DNA of 64,000 nucleotides, taken from assembly GCA_949292725.1 (NCBI GenBank), contig CASFAQ010000016.1, forward strand, positions 738 to 64,737, written 5' to 3'. Every line of letters begins with the position of its first letter. Position 1 is the first letter of the stretch. This document shows positions 38,181-48,800 of this stretch, one piece after another. This DNA is from an uncultured Eubacteriales bacterium. Its GTDB lineage: Bacteria; Bacillota; Clostridia; Lachnospirales; Lachnospiraceae. The position numbers were made by a program, and so were the translations under genes. The notes below the pieces were generated by a model, which was not told where the DNA came from, did not search any database, and worked only from the letters and a program-made list of their open reading frames with translations.

Positions 38181-40027
38181 CCTCTCATTTTCATATACCT
38201 TGCTCTTGCCTTTATATAAATCTTTTCAGGCATAATCCTTCGAAGCACATTTATTATGATTCTCTTAATCTTCTGTTTGCGTCCTTCGAGCACTGGATTT
38301 CGTATAATCTGATCGTTTTCGATTCTGTCCACGACTATCTTGTGATAACTTGGTCCGTATTTTTCAAAAACAACCTTATTTAGCTCTCTCATCATATAAT
38401 CCAGATTGGTAGTCTCTATGGCTGCATAATCATTATTATAGCATATTCCCGTATAATATCCCCTGTTCTGAACGGTATACACCTGCGCCATAAGAAATAC
38501 GTTCTTTTTGGTCCGTTCTATATTATTTCCCCGATTATCCACTGCGTTAGTTCTTATAAAGAAACTTCCGCCAAAAGGTGCAGCCGGCGGTTCATTCGCC
38601 TTACAGCTTACATCGCAACCGCATTTTTTGACATATTCGGCAACTTCTTCATATGAATTCTGCCATCCGTCAGCCTGTTTTTCAAATAATATACCATGGT
38701 ACGGTGTAGGCGGCACAAGCATTCCAAGGCGTCCATTTTCCTCAAATGTCGCAATTATATTGCTAATGATGCATTCGGTTCCTAAAAGATTCTCCCAATC
38801 CGTATACTGCCACGAATCATAATTACTGTACGGCTTTTCAATCTCTACATCCGCCATAACAAGCATTCCCGCAATATCATATCCGGCTGACAGCGATACA
38901 AATTTCTCATATGCGGTAATATAATCATTTTCTTTGATTACAGCCTTATTATAGCTTCTTTTGATATAATTCTTCTGTATGGTCTCAAGCTCATCATCCG
39001 TACCTATAAGGTAGAGCTCTATATCATCACATACGTTATCAAGATACCGTGCATATCTTTCGTAATGCCCGGAGCTTTCAACGTATACGCACACAATAGT
39101 TTTGGTATCACCATCCGATTCATATGCCTCAGAAGAAGGAAGCATATAATTCAGATGCATTGCCCTTGATATCTCCGTCATATTCTCAAGTCTTAGAAGA
39201 TTATCCCATATCATATCGGTATCGTATGAAAGATTATTTTTTATATAATCATATGCAAGAACAGACGGTTCCCCACATGAATTAAGCAGAAAATCATTGT
39301 AATCAGTAAAAAACGAACGCCTTTTTATGATTGGGCATCTTTGTTTTTCAATCATGTCCTTAATGTAGAACATAATCGGACAATAACAGTATTCCTTATA
39401 TTCGGATGAATCAACATAAGTATCCCATCTGTATCCCTTATCTTCAAAGTATTTGGTAAATATGGTCTCATATTCACATATTGATTCTATATACGACTGC
39501 GGATTCTTCATATCGGTGATGAATTTTCTGTAATCATCACTTTTAATGAAATCCTTCCTAAGGGACATGAAATGAGACTGTATGTGCTCAGGCATGTAGC
39601 CATAACGGTTAACGCCGTATGGATCCGGTTCAACCTTATAATGTCTTGTGATACCCCAGAAATCAAGATCCATTTTATCCATTTTATCAAACATTTCCGC
39701 GAAAGGATATAATGGGCCAAAAAAAGTATAATTAAACAGTATCGTCTCATCATATTCCGCCAGCCTGTCAAGTCCTATGTGAAAAATTCCCGCCCTGTAT
39801 CCTCCTACGTCAAAGCCTTCATTTTCCCTTATAAGAACTTCGTTAGCAATACCCTCAAAGCGTTTCTTCGTCTCATCCGTCAGCTCGCCGTTACACACGA
39901 TAAGAAGATTTTTTAAAAACGGGCGAAGCGATTTAAGCAGATAAAAAACATATTCATCCGCCTTTCCCTGTCTGTCATAATATAAAAATATTCCGCATCT
40001 GTTAGAGGAGCCCTTCGTTATCTTCAT
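38171..40027 (-). CDS. Rhamnan synthesis protein F (RgpF) family glycosyltransferase, paralogue 1
   Basis: 618 aa. CGIFLYYDRQG..., NEGFDVGGY, DFWGIT are RgpF-like. Confidence 0.78.
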   Translation of the reverse strand: MKITKGSSNRCGIFLYYDRQGKADEYVFYLLKSLRPFLKNLLIVCNGELTDETKKRFEGIANEVLIRENEGFDVGGYRAGIFHIGLDRLAEYDETILFNYTFFGPLYPFAEMFDKMDKMDLDFWGITRHYKVEPDPYGVNRYGYMPEHIQSHFMSLRKDFIKSDDYRKFITDMKNPQSYIESICEYETIFTKYFEDKGYRWDTYVDSSEYKEYCYCPIMFYIKDMIEKQRCPIIKRRSFFTDYNDFLLNSCGEPSVLAYDYIKNNLSYDTDMIWDNLLRLENMTEISRAMHLNYMLPSSEAYESDGDTKTIVCVYVESSGHYERYARYLDNVCDDIELYLIGTDDELETIQKNYIKRSYNKAVIKENDYITAYEKFVSLSAGYDIAGMLVMADVEIEKPYSNYDSWQYTDWENLLGTECIISNIIATFEENGRLGMLVPPTPYHGILFEKQADGWQNSYEEVAEYVKKCGCDVSCKANEPPAAPFGGSFFIRTNAVDNRGNNIERTKKNVFLMAQVYTVQNRGYYTGICYNNDYAAIETTNLDYMMRELNKVVFEKYGPSYHKIVVDRIENDQIIRNPVLEGRKQKIKRIIINVLRRIMPEKIYIKARARYMKMRGWE

Positions 40028-40100
40028 ATATCAATTCATCCTTTTCTACAGAAGTTTTGTTCTATTAAGCAGTTCAGAAAAGCTGCATACCCCGGTTTTT

Positions 40101-41810
40101 TTAAACAATGCCTGACTTCCAGTTGGTCATCTCTATACGCGCATAGGTGTCAGCCATAAGCCAGCCCGAATAATATCCTTCATTCTGTACACAGAACGGA
40201 TATAGTCTCTCAAGTGCATGCAGTACCGTGGCATCTGTTTCTATCGGTTCTTTTGGAAATTCGTCATATTCCCAGTCATGAGCAAATAATCCCCTTAGCG
40301 CTTTTGTACGTACCCAGAACATAGAGCCCAATGGCGCTATGGGTTCCTTAGTTATATCCATGTCAACACTAAGCCCAAGTTTATCCGCCCACTCTCTTGT
40401 CACTGCAAAATTCTCTCCCCACTCACCCTTACCGGTAGTCGGGTAATATGGAGCATGGTTCGGAACCGGAGGCGCAAGCATACCAAGGCGCTCATTTTCC
40501 TCAAATGTTTTAATTACATTTTCAATAAATATCCTGTTTTTCATCGTGTTTTCAAAGCATTTATAAGCCCATGACGAACCCACGGACCTTGGTATGACCT
40601 GATACACTTTCTTATCATGAACCTTACAGATAAGATCGTATCTGTCAATTATATCCTTACATCCCACAAGAAAAGGAGCTACATCCCTTCCCCGGTTGCC
40701 GACTATTCTGTAATCTATATTGCGGTCTGAGAGTTTTGAAAATACCTTCTTTACGGTCTCAAGCTTTTCCTTTGTCGGAACCGTAATATATATATCCGCA
40801 TTCTCCGGCATATTCTTCGCATACTCCATACAATACTCTGCCAGATCCTCAAAGTATATATGAAGAACCAGTGCAACCCTCATTTCACCCATTTTACCGG
40901 ACTTCGCCGGAAGTCTGGATGACAGAATATAATTGGACTGCATACGTTTCTTGATATCTGCCTGATTATAAAGTCTCAGAAGCGCTTCCCATATCATATC
41001 CGTATCATAATCCGTGCAATGCTCCAGATAGTTGAACACTTCCTTCACCGCTTCTCCGCCGCTTCTTGATAAAGCCTCGCCATAATCATGAAAGAACGAT
41101 CTTTTCTTCATTACCGGGCATCGTTTGTTCTCTATCATATATCTTGGGTAATCTCTGAGCGGATCATAGGTATATCCCTCAAGTTCATCAGAGCCTGCGT
41201 ATACCGTCCATTTATATCCCATGTCAGAGAATTTCTTTGTAAATACAGTCTCAAAATATCCTACCGCTTCGTTATAATTATTTATCACCGGAAGGTTCTT
41301 CCAATATGAGATAAAATCCCCGGACTCGCACAGCGATCTACGAAAAACCATAAAAAATGACTGGATATGCCTTGGTATATATCCGTATTCTATAGTTCCG
41401 AACGGGTCATACGGCACCTCATGAAAATTAGTCATGCCCCAAAAATCAACATCCTCCGCATCCATTTTTTCAAACATCTCTGAAAAAGGATATATTGGTC
41501 CAAACATGGTTGAGTTCATAAGAAGGACTTCGTCATAATCAGCAAGTCTTTCATATGATATATACTCAAGTCCGTACTTATATGCGGTAATGTCGTATCC
41601 TTCATTGGGACGAATGCATACCTCATCCGTAATGTCCTTAAATATCTCCATTCCCCTGTCACAAACATCCCCGTTGCACACAATTATCAAACGGCTTACA
41701 ACCTCTTTTATTCCATTTAAAAATACCGGAATATATTTATCAACAATGCCATCCTTGTCATAAAATACAAAGATGGCACATCTTTTTGGTTCTTTTTTAT
41801 CAAGCTTCAT
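40101..41810 (-). CDS. Rhamnan synthesis protein F (RgpF) family glycosyltransferase, paralogue 2
   Basis: ATG at 41810 follows AAAAGGAGA and overlaps the ATPase stop. CAIFVFYDKDG..., NEGYDITAY, DFWGMT. Confidence 0.78.
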   Translation of the reverse strand: MKLDKKEPKRCAIFVFYDKDGIVDKYIPVFLNGIKEVVSRLIIVCNGDVCDRGMEIFKDITDEVCIRPNEGYDITAYKYGLEYISYERLADYDEVLLMNSTMFGPIYPFSEMFEKMDAEDVDFWGMTNFHEVPYDPFGTIEYGYIPRHIQSFFMVFRRSLCESGDFISYWKNLPVINNYNEAVGYFETVFTKKFSDMGYKWTVYAGSDELEGYTYDPLRDYPRYMIENKRCPVMKKRSFFHDYGEALSRSGGEAVKEVFNYLEHCTDYDTDMIWEALLRLYNQADIKKRMQSNYILSSRLPAKSGKMGEMRVALVLHIYFEDLAEYCMEYAKNMPENADIYITVPTKEKLETVKKVFSKLSDRNIDYRIVGNRGRDVAPFLVGCKDIIDRYDLICKVHDKKVYQVIPRSVGSSWAYKCFENTMKNRIFIENVIKTFEENERLGMLAPPVPNHAPYYPTTGKGEWGENFAVTREWADKLGLSVDMDITKEPIAPLGSMFWVRTKALRGLFAHDWEYDEFPKEPIETDATVLHALERLYPFCVQNEGYYSGWLMADTYARIEMTNWKSGIV

Positions 41811-43083
41811 AGAATTCTCCTTTTCTGACCTCAACGACGGATTCCATGTCATAAAAACCTACTGTGTTCTTATCGGAAATAACATTAATGTCACACACAT
41901 CATATAATCTGTGATATACAACGAAACGACTGCCGTTAAAGCCGACACAACCAAGCGCCAGCACATAATTCCTTCCCTGAAGATTCATATGCTGCCTAAA
42001 TGAAACTATTCTCTCTTCACCCGCATTTACAGTACCGGTGGATATATTCTCATACATGGTGTTGGTGCCGGTAACCTCCGTTCCCTGCAGATCCTTTATG
42101 GTAAATGCAAATATTGGTTCCTCAATTTTCTCATGAAACCTTACTTTGAACTTAATCTCAAAATCAGTTCCTTTTTCAATATTGGAAGTCACTCTGCCCC
42201 TATTGTCTATTATTGCAAAATCTACTATTTCTGCCTTTTTCTCACCGTAATCAAGAAGATTTGGATTGATGGTAAGCTCATTATTCCAGTTTCCCCCGCT
42301 CTCGTCTTCTGAAACGCTCTGTCTGTTATCGACGTCAAGCTCATGTTTCTCATTAACCAGAATCTGCTTATATTCGTCGACTATCTTCTTTGGCATACCT
42401 TCGGATATCTTCTTGCCTTTATTAAGCAGTATAACCCTGTCGCAATATTTGCTTATGCTTCCAAGGTCATGACTCACGAACAATATCGTCTTTCCCATCT
42501 TTTTAAATTCTTCAAATTTGTGATAACATTTCACCTGAAAAAATACATCTCCTACAGAAAGCGCCTCGTCTACGATAAGTATCTCAGGGTCAATATTGAT
42601 TGCCACTGCAAATGCGAGACGTACGAACATTCCGCTGGAGTATGTCTTTACCGGCTGATGTACAAATTCACCTATATCGGCAAACTGTAATATCGAATCA
42701 AGTCTCTTATCGATCTCCTCACGGCTAAAACCCATCATTGTACCGTTCAGATATATGTTTTCTATACCCGTATATTCCATATTAAAGCCCGCTCCAAGCT
42801 CAAGCAGAGCGGAAAGTCTTCCGTCAACTTTAAGTTCTCCGTCCGTCGGCTGCAAAACACCGGTTATAATCTTAAGAATAGTGGATTTTCCGGAACCATT
42901 GATGCCGATGATACCCACCGTTTCGCCTCTTTTTACATTAAACGATACGTCCGATAAAGCAAAATGTTCATGATAGCATTTCTTTTTGGTCAGCCCAAGC
43001 GCCTCCTTGAACCTGTCGCTTTTATTATCATACAGCTTGTACATTTTGCTTATATTCTTAACCTCTATAGCGTAATTATCCAT
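41800..43083 (-). CDS. Polysaccharide ABC exporter ATP-binding protein (Wzt/TagH/RgpD-like) with a C-terminal Wzt_C-type beta-sandwich extension
   Basis: 427 aa. Walker A GINGSGKST, signature YSSGM, Walker B ILIVDEA. About 170 extra C-terminal residues. Confidence 0.9.
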   Translation of the reverse strand: MDNYAIEVKNISKMYKLYDNKSDRFKEALGLTKKKCYHEHFALSDVSFNVKRGETVGIIGINGSGKSTILKIITGVLQPTDGELKVDGRLSALLELGAGFNMEYTGIENIYLNGTMMGFSREEIDKRLDSILQFADIGEFVHQPVKTYSSGMFVRLAFAVAINIDPEILIVDEALSVGDVFFQVKCYHKFEEFKKMGKTILFVSHDLGSISKYCDRVILLNKGKKISEGMPKKIVDEYKQILVNEKHELDVDNRQSVSEDESGGNWNNELTINPNLLDYGEKKAEIVDFAIIDNRGRVTSNIEKGTDFEIKFKVRFHEKIEEPIFAFTIKDLQGTEVTGTNTMYENISTGTVNAGEERIVSFRQHMNLQGRNYVLALGCVGFNGSRFVVYHRLYDVCDINVISDKNTVGFYDMESVVEVRKGEFYEA

Positions 43084-43097
43084 ACATGTCCTTCCTT

Positions 43098-44465
43098 CTA
43101 CAGCACGTCTGCAAAGTGCGCTTTAAGCCTGTTAAACGTCCTGATTCCAAATATGAAAAGCAATATCGTAACTCCCCAGAAATATCCCGTAAGATAAAGT
43201 TTGTCCCAAAACCATACCTTCGATATAATGGAATCCCGATATCCATATACAATATAATACATTGGATTAAGCTTAAATATCCACCTGAACGGCTCAGGAA
43301 TCATGGTAAGCTGCCACATGATAGGCGTAATCCATATTCCCACCTCAAGTATTACACCGATTATCTGCATCGTATCCTTAAAGAACAATGCTACGGAGCT
43401 TGTAAAATATACCACTGCAAGGAGGAACACCACCATGCATACCATATAATACAGTATCTGCAGCATATATATATGAGGAGCGTTACCATAACAGCAATAA
43501 ACCGTAATAGGAAGCATTATAAAGAATAAATGTACAAATAATGCCGATAATACCTTAACAATCGGTATCGTGCTTATCTTAAAAACAATCTTTTTTACAA
43601 GGTACTGGTACTCTATAAGTGACGAGGTTCCGCTTCCCAAAACATCCGAGAACATAAACCATGGAACCAGTCCGGTAAGCAGCCACAGAACAAATGGGCA
43701 TCCATTCACGTCGTTGCTTCCAAGTCCAACCTGAAATACGAACCAATATACGAGTACGGTTATTATGGGCCGTATAAATGCCCACATAATTCCGAGAAAT
43801 GAGCCCACGTATTTGGATTTGAAATCATTCTTTGCAAGATTAAAGATGAGATTTCTGTAACCGGTCATTTCGCCCAGTGATGTACATAATGAATCAAATC
43901 TTCTAAGCATGCATATCAGTAATATATCAAAAAAAAGGCACATAATAACCTTTACTGTCATGGTTTTTACTGCCGACATATCGTTAAGTATCCCCTCAAG
44001 GTTCACCTTTGACATATCAAGTATGCTGTAGGGGTCCTCTCCTGATGCATTAAGAACGCAGATTCCATCCGTAACCGTAACATCCGTAATATCATTACTC
44101 TCTCCTGTGGCAACAGGCTCCGTTCCGATAATTCTATCCGCCTTATCATCCATAATCCGTATGGAATATATGGCTATGCGACCGGCAGCCTCCCCATAAT
44201 CCAATCTCCACGCAGTATATTCTGATGGTACGTTAAAGATAAGAGTTTGTCTTCCGCCATCCTTACTGTACTTCCGGGCGCTGACATTATTAATATCAAA
44301 TATTCCATTTGAATACATCACTTGTACTTCCGCATCGCTATCCATCTCAAGTTCTATCGCAATATCTATGGATGAATCGATCAGATTCTGTCCCTTTAAG
44401 ATTATAAGTACATTTATAACTACTGCCAATATAATCATAAAGGCACAAAACGGTCTTCTCTTCAT
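43098..44465 (-). CDS. ABC-2 polysaccharide exporter permease (Wzm/TagG/RgpC-like) with a ~190-aa N-terminal extension
   Basis: 455 aa. The C-terminal ~260 aa are a typical ABC-2 permease (NLAKNDFKSKYVGSFLGIMWAFIRP). The N-terminus has one TM plus a soluble ~150-aa segment. Confidence 0.85.
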   Translation of the reverse strand: MKRRPFCAFMIILAVVINVLIILKGQNLIDSSIDIAIELEMDSDAEVQVMYSNGIFDINNVSARKYSKDGGRQTLIFNVPSEYTAWRLDYGEAAGRIAIYSIRIMDDKADRIIGTEPVATGESNDITDVTVTDGICVLNASGEDPYSILDMSKVNLEGILNDMSAVKTMTVKVIMCLFFDILLICMLRRFDSLCTSLGEMTGYRNLIFNLAKNDFKSKYVGSFLGIMWAFIRPIITVLVYWFVFQVGLGSNDVNGCPFVLWLLTGLVPWFMFSDVLGSGTSSLIEYQYLVKKIVFKISTIPIVKVLSALFVHLFFIMLPITVYCCYGNAPHIYMLQILYYMVCMVVFLLAVVYFTSSVALFFKDTMQIIGVILEVGIWITPIMWQLTMIPEPFRWIFKLNPMYYIVYGYRDSIISKVWFWDKLYLTGYFWGVTILLFIFGIRTFNRLKAHFADVL

Positions 44466-44484
44466 AATCTGACTCCTTACAAAA

Positions 44485-45318
44485 CTACTTATAAATCTCT
44501 AATACCTTATCAAACTTATCACGATTTCCCCATACCATAGGCGAATCGTACGGTCTGTCCTTAAATGCTCCATATTCAAGTTTTATATCAAGATTATTAT
44601 CACTTATAAACTTTTCAACCTGCTCCGCAAGCGATACCGGTTTTCCGGTGCAGCAGTTGATTATGCCGTCAACCTTATTCTGCATGGCTACAAGAGCTAT
44701 CTGACATGCAAGCTCCTGAACCGATATAAAATCATACTTGTTCTTTCCACTTGTAAACGGAAACAGCTTCTGTCCTTCCTTATCTGCCTTAAGTATTTTA
44801 GTAAAAATGGACTGATTATGAAGGTCATCGCCAAGAATATAATATCCTCTCACCCACTGAACACATACGTCCTTATCCGACGTCATGGTATACAGTGCCT
44901 GTCTGAGCGCATTTTTGGCAATTCCATAAAAGGACTGCGGATTGGCAGGAGTATTCTCATCAATGGCTCCTTCCCAGTATCCCACTTCATGCATACTTCC
45001 CATTACTACGACCTGCTTAAGACCGCCTTCTATCATATTCTTTAGAAAATTCACATGTTTCGGCAAATCTTCAATATGCGAAATATTATTATGAACAAAT
45101 CCGTTGCGCCATGCCATGTGAATGCATACATCCGGCCTGTTTAGCTTTTCATATACATCCTTATCGTCATCAAACACAGACATTACAACCTTATCGGCGC
45201 GCTCATCCACATCATCAACCGACACATCGACAGCCGTTACGCTGCATCCCTTATCAAGAAGTTCCCTAACAATATATCTTCCAATGTAACCGTTTGCGCC
45301 TGTTACTGCAAATTTCAT
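44485..45318 (-). CDS. NAD-dependent epimerase/dehydratase (SDR) family protein
   Basis: 277 aa. MKFAVTGANGYIGRYI Rossmann motif. Confidence 0.85.
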   Translation of the reverse strand: MKFAVTGANGYIGRYIVRELLDKGCSVTAVDVSVDDVDERADKVVMSVFDDDKDVYEKLNRPDVCIHMAWRNGFVHNNISHIEDLPKHVNFLKNMIEGGLKQVVVMGSMHEVGYWEGAIDENTPANPQSFYGIAKNALRQALYTMTSDKDVCVQWVRGYYILGDDLHNQSIFTKILKADKEGQKLFPFTSGKNKYDFISVQELACQIALVAMQNKVDGIINCCTGKPVSLAEQVEKFISDNNLDIKLEYGAFKDRPYDSPMVWGNRDKFDKVLEIYK

Positions 45319-45343
45319 ATTTTACCTCCAAATAATCCTGTTC

Positions 45344-45372
45344 ATGATATCATCACGCCATAATAGTGTCAA
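45344..45372 (-). promoter_or_regulatory. Putative internal sigma-A promoter downstream of metK
   Basis: Minus strand: -35 TTGACA, 17-nt spacer, -10 TATCAT, in the 77-nt metK-epimerase gap. Confidence 0.5.
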
Positions 45373-45395
45373 GATAGGCGGTTGTATGCACTGCA

Positions 45396-46577
45396 CTAAA
45401 GGGCATAAGCCCTAAGTTCGTCCACTCTGTCAGTCCTCTCCCATGGAAGATCAAGATCTCCCCTTCCAAAATGACCATATGACGCCGTACCGGCATATAT
45501 AGGGCGCCTAAGATCAAGCATCTTTATTATACCGTCAGGCGTCAGATCAAAATGCCTCCTTATGATGTCTGTAAGCTTTGAATCATCCACGACTCCCGTT
45601 CCAAATGTATCGACGCTCACGGAAGTCGGCTCCGCAACTCCTATGGCGTAGGAAAGCTGTATCTCGCATCTGGCAGCAAGTCCTGCTGCAACAATATTTT
45701 TAGTCACATATCTTGCCGCATAGGAGGCTGAACGATCGACCTTGGTACAATCCTTTCCTGAGAATGCTCCTCCTCCATGTCTTGCAAATCCGCCATAAGT
45801 ATCAACAATTATCTTACGACCCGTAAGACCGCTGTCGCCATAAGGTCCACCTATGACGAATCTTCCCGTAGGATTCACATAGAATCTTGTCGTATCATCC
45901 ACAAGATGTGAAGGAACAACCTTATCTATAACATGCTTTCTGATATCAGAATGAATAACCTCCTGCGACACATCCTCATCATGCTGCGTAGATATGACTA
46001 TCGTGTCAATATGAACCGGTATACCATTCTCATCATACTCAACGGTCACCTGACTTTTACCATCCGGCCTAAGATACATAAGCGTACCGTCTTTTCTTAC
46101 CTCTGCGAGCCTTTTGGTAAGCTTATGGGCAATATATACCGGATACGGCATATACTCAGGGGTCTCATTCGTTGCATAGCCGAACATTATACCCTGGTCT
46201 CCTGCTCCCGTAATGGTGCCTGTTGTATTATCTGCCTTGAATTCATATGAATTATCCACACCAAGCGCGATGTCATCAGACTGCGTATCAAGCTTTATCA
46301 TTATTTTACATGTATGTCCATCAAACCCTAATTCCGGTTTGTTATAGCCAATCCTGTTAATGGTATTACGCACTATGCCTTCAATGTCAATATCTGCCTT
46401 AGTTGTAATCTCACCCATAACAAGAACAAAATCTGTTGTAACAGCCGTCTCACAAGCCACGCGGCTGTACGGATCCTTATCTATAAGCGCATCCAGAATA
46501 GCATCTGATATCTGATCACATACTTTATCGGGATGACCCTCTGTTACGGATTCAGATGTAAAAAGTTTCCTTTCCAT
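45396..46577 (-). CDS. metK: S-adenosylmethionine synthase
   Basis: 393 aa. [28 protein letters not shown]. Confidence 0.97.
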   Translation of the reverse strand: MERKLFTSESVTEGHPDKVCDQISDAILDALIDKDPYSRVACETAVTTDFVLVMGEITTKADIDIEGIVRNTINRIGYNKPELGFDGHTCKIMIKLDTQSDDIALGVDNSYEFKADNTTGTITGAGDQGIMFGYATNETPEYMPYPVYIAHKLTKRLAEVRKDGTLMYLRPDGKSQVTVEYDENGIPVHIDTIVISTQHDEDVSQEVIHSDIRKHVIDKVVPSHLVDDTTRFYVNPTGRFVIGGPYGDSGLTGRKIIVDTYGGFARHGGGAFSGKDCTKVDRSASYAARYVTKNIVAAGLAARCEIQLSYAIGVAEPTSVSVDTFGTGVVDDSKLTDIIRRHFDLTPDGIIKMLDLRRPIYAGTASYGHFGRGDLDLPWERTDRVDELRAYAL

Positions 46578-46581
46578 CCAA

Positions 46582-48795
46582 TTAATCCTCCTTATTAAAA
46601 CGATAGTAATTAGAATACATTATTTTGCTATAATCGTCAAGGAGCAGATATCCCGAGCCTATGGCTATGGCAAGCCTTGCACCCTCAGCAATATTCATGT
46701 TGGATGCACATTCAAAACCAATCATATACATTCTTTTCTTATGCACAATGCATCCTATCTCGGGTCTGTATATCTTCCTTGCCGCAAATTCATGAACTCG
46801 TCCGTCATCATATATGACAAGAATCTTTGCTCTGCGGATATTATTCAGTCTGCTGCCTTTAAGATATGCCCAGCCTGATATGCAAAATCCATTATCCATG
46901 GATATCCTGTCAATACTGTATTGTATATTATCATTTATTTTGTAGTCACTGATGCGTTTTTCCTTATAAACAGAATTATAATCACCTATATTGTCATAAT
47001 TACATGTAAAATCCACTCTGTTCTGAACAAGATTTGCATTATAAAAAGGATCCATGCTCCCATTTCCGGTAAATGCAGAATGCATATCATACAGCTTTTC
47101 CCTCTCACGTATAAGACGCTTCATCTTGTGCTCATCCACACTGTCATATCCTCTGCTGAATGATTCGTAATGGTATAAGGACACATCATTTCTCACTACA
47201 TTGTAATACCCTTTTTCAATCAATGAAAAACACAAATCTACGTCATTATATGATACGCTCATGTTTTCATTGAAGCCGCCCACTTCATAAAATTTATCCT
47301 TTGATATCATCAGGCATGCCGCTGTCACTGCTGAATAATTAAATGTCAGAAGATTGCGTGCAAACGGACATACATCCTTATCAGAATAACCGCAGAAGGC
47401 ATGGGACGGTCCGTTAAGTATATTAATCACACCCGTATGCTGTATAAGAAAAGAATCGGGGTAAAGAAGCTTGGCTCCAACCGCGCCCGTATGAGGAAGC
47501 TGTGCCTGTCCAAGCATTCTCTGAAGCCATTCTCCATCCGTAACCTCAATATCATCATTAAGGAACAGATAATATGAGCCTGCAGCAAGATTTGCACCAT
47601 TATTGCACATTCTGGAAAAATTGAATTCCATGGACTCATAGTGATATGTGCATCGGTATTTTTTGCACATATCTTCGTATATCAATCTGTTTGCATCATT
47701 GCTTCCATTATCATTAACTATTATTTCATAGTTGGAAAAAAGCGTTTTACTTCTTATGCTATTAAGGCACTTCCCAAGCATATCCGGATTATCCTTAGAT
47801 GGAATGATTATGGACACCATGCATTCAGCATCGGGAATATAATTAACGTTATACTGGGATACGGACTCCACAAGTTCCATATCCGCATTTAAACCTCTTC
47901 TTGTAAGTGCTTCACTCTTTGCTTTATATACAGAATGCATCACATACGGCTTTGCCGAGATATCCTCTGACGTAGAGCCTTTTCTCACTCTCCAGTGATA
48001 TAACACCTTTGGAATATGACGTATTCCGGTATCTTTAATCATCTCCGTATACCTGAGAACAAAATCATAATCCTGCGCTCCTTCATATCCCTCTCTGAAT
48101 CCTCCCATGTCCCGCGCAATATCCGTTTTGTATACCGACAGATGGCATGTATACATATAGGACATCAGGGTGTCGGGAGCCCAGTCTGATTTGAAATGCG
48201 GCGTATTACGGTTCTTTCCGTTCTCATCCACTTTATCCTCGTCCGTATATATAAATTCTACATCAGGACTTTCATTTATAACTTTTGCAACCTCGTATAA
48301 CGCATCCTCCGCAAGTATATCATCACAGTCAAGGAGCGCTATATATTCTCCTTTTGCAAGAGAGAGTGCCGAATTCGTAGCAGCCGATATATGTCCATTT
48401 TTCTCCCGGTAACATATATCTATGCGGTCGCAATCTTCATATTCTGACAGGACTTTTCTTACTTCAGGCATCGTCGAACAGTCGTCAGCGATACATAACT
48501 GCCAATTGTCATATATCTGTCCCAATACGGACTCTATACATTCTCTAAGAATATTCTCATCAACATTATACACCGGTACCAGAATGCTTATTAGCGGACG
48601 TAAAGAAAGAGAGATGGCTTTATTTTCTCTTTTTTCTCTTTCTTCCTTTTCAGTAATCCATTTTTCATAGGCCACACCGCTTTTGGCATGCTCTCTTATC
48701 TTGTATATAAATGTGTATAAGCCCTCGTTATAAAGTATATTAAGTCCTCTTACGACAAAATGCGGAAGGATATCGTAAATACGCTTTTTTAACAT
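46582..48795 (-). CDS. Glycosyltransferase with two GT2 domains
   Basis: 737 aa. [12 protein letters not shown]...ADDCST and [10 protein letters not shown]...NDNGSND, plus a ~150-aa C-terminal region of unknown function. Confidence 0.88.
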   Translation of the reverse strand: MLKKRIYDILPHFVVRGLNILYNEGLYTFIYKIREHAKSGVAYEKWITEKEEREKRENKAISLSLRPLISILVPVYNVDENILRECIESVLGQIYDNWQLCIADDCSTMPEVRKVLSEYEDCDRIDICYREKNGHISAATNSALSLAKGEYIALLDCDDILAEDALYEVAKVINESPDVEFIYTDEDKVDENGKNRNTPHFKSDWAPDTLMSYMYTCHLSVYKTDIARDMGGFREGYEGAQDYDFVLRYTEMIKDTGIRHIPKVLYHWRVRKGSTSEDISAKPYVMHSVYKAKSEALTRRGLNADMELVESVSQYNVNYIPDAECMVSIIIPSKDNPDMLGKCLNSIRSKTLFSNYEIIVNDNGSNDANRLIYEDMCKKYRCTYHYESMEFNFSRMCNNGANLAAGSYYLFLNDDIEVTDGEWLQRMLGQAQLPHTGAVGAKLLYPDSFLIQHTGVINILNGPSHAFCGYSDKDVCPFARNLLTFNYSAVTAACLMISKDKFYEVGGFNENMSVSYNDVDLCFSLIEKGYYNVVRNDVSLYHYESFSRGYDSVDEHKMKRLIREREKLYDMHSAFTGNGSMDPFYNANLVQNRVDFTCNYDNIGDYNSVYKEKRISDYKINDNIQYSIDRISMDNGFCISGWAYLKGSRLNNIRRAKILVIYDDGRVHEFAARKIYRPEIGCIVHKKRMYMIGFECASNMNIAEGARLAIAIGSGYLLLDDYSKIMYSNYYRFNKED

Positions 48796-48800
48796 AATCT

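Noticed and set aside
45399-45414. AGGGC-ttat-GCCCT hairpin as the metK terminator
   Set aside because: It lies within the last codons of metK (…RAYAL*), is only 5 bp long and has no U-tract.
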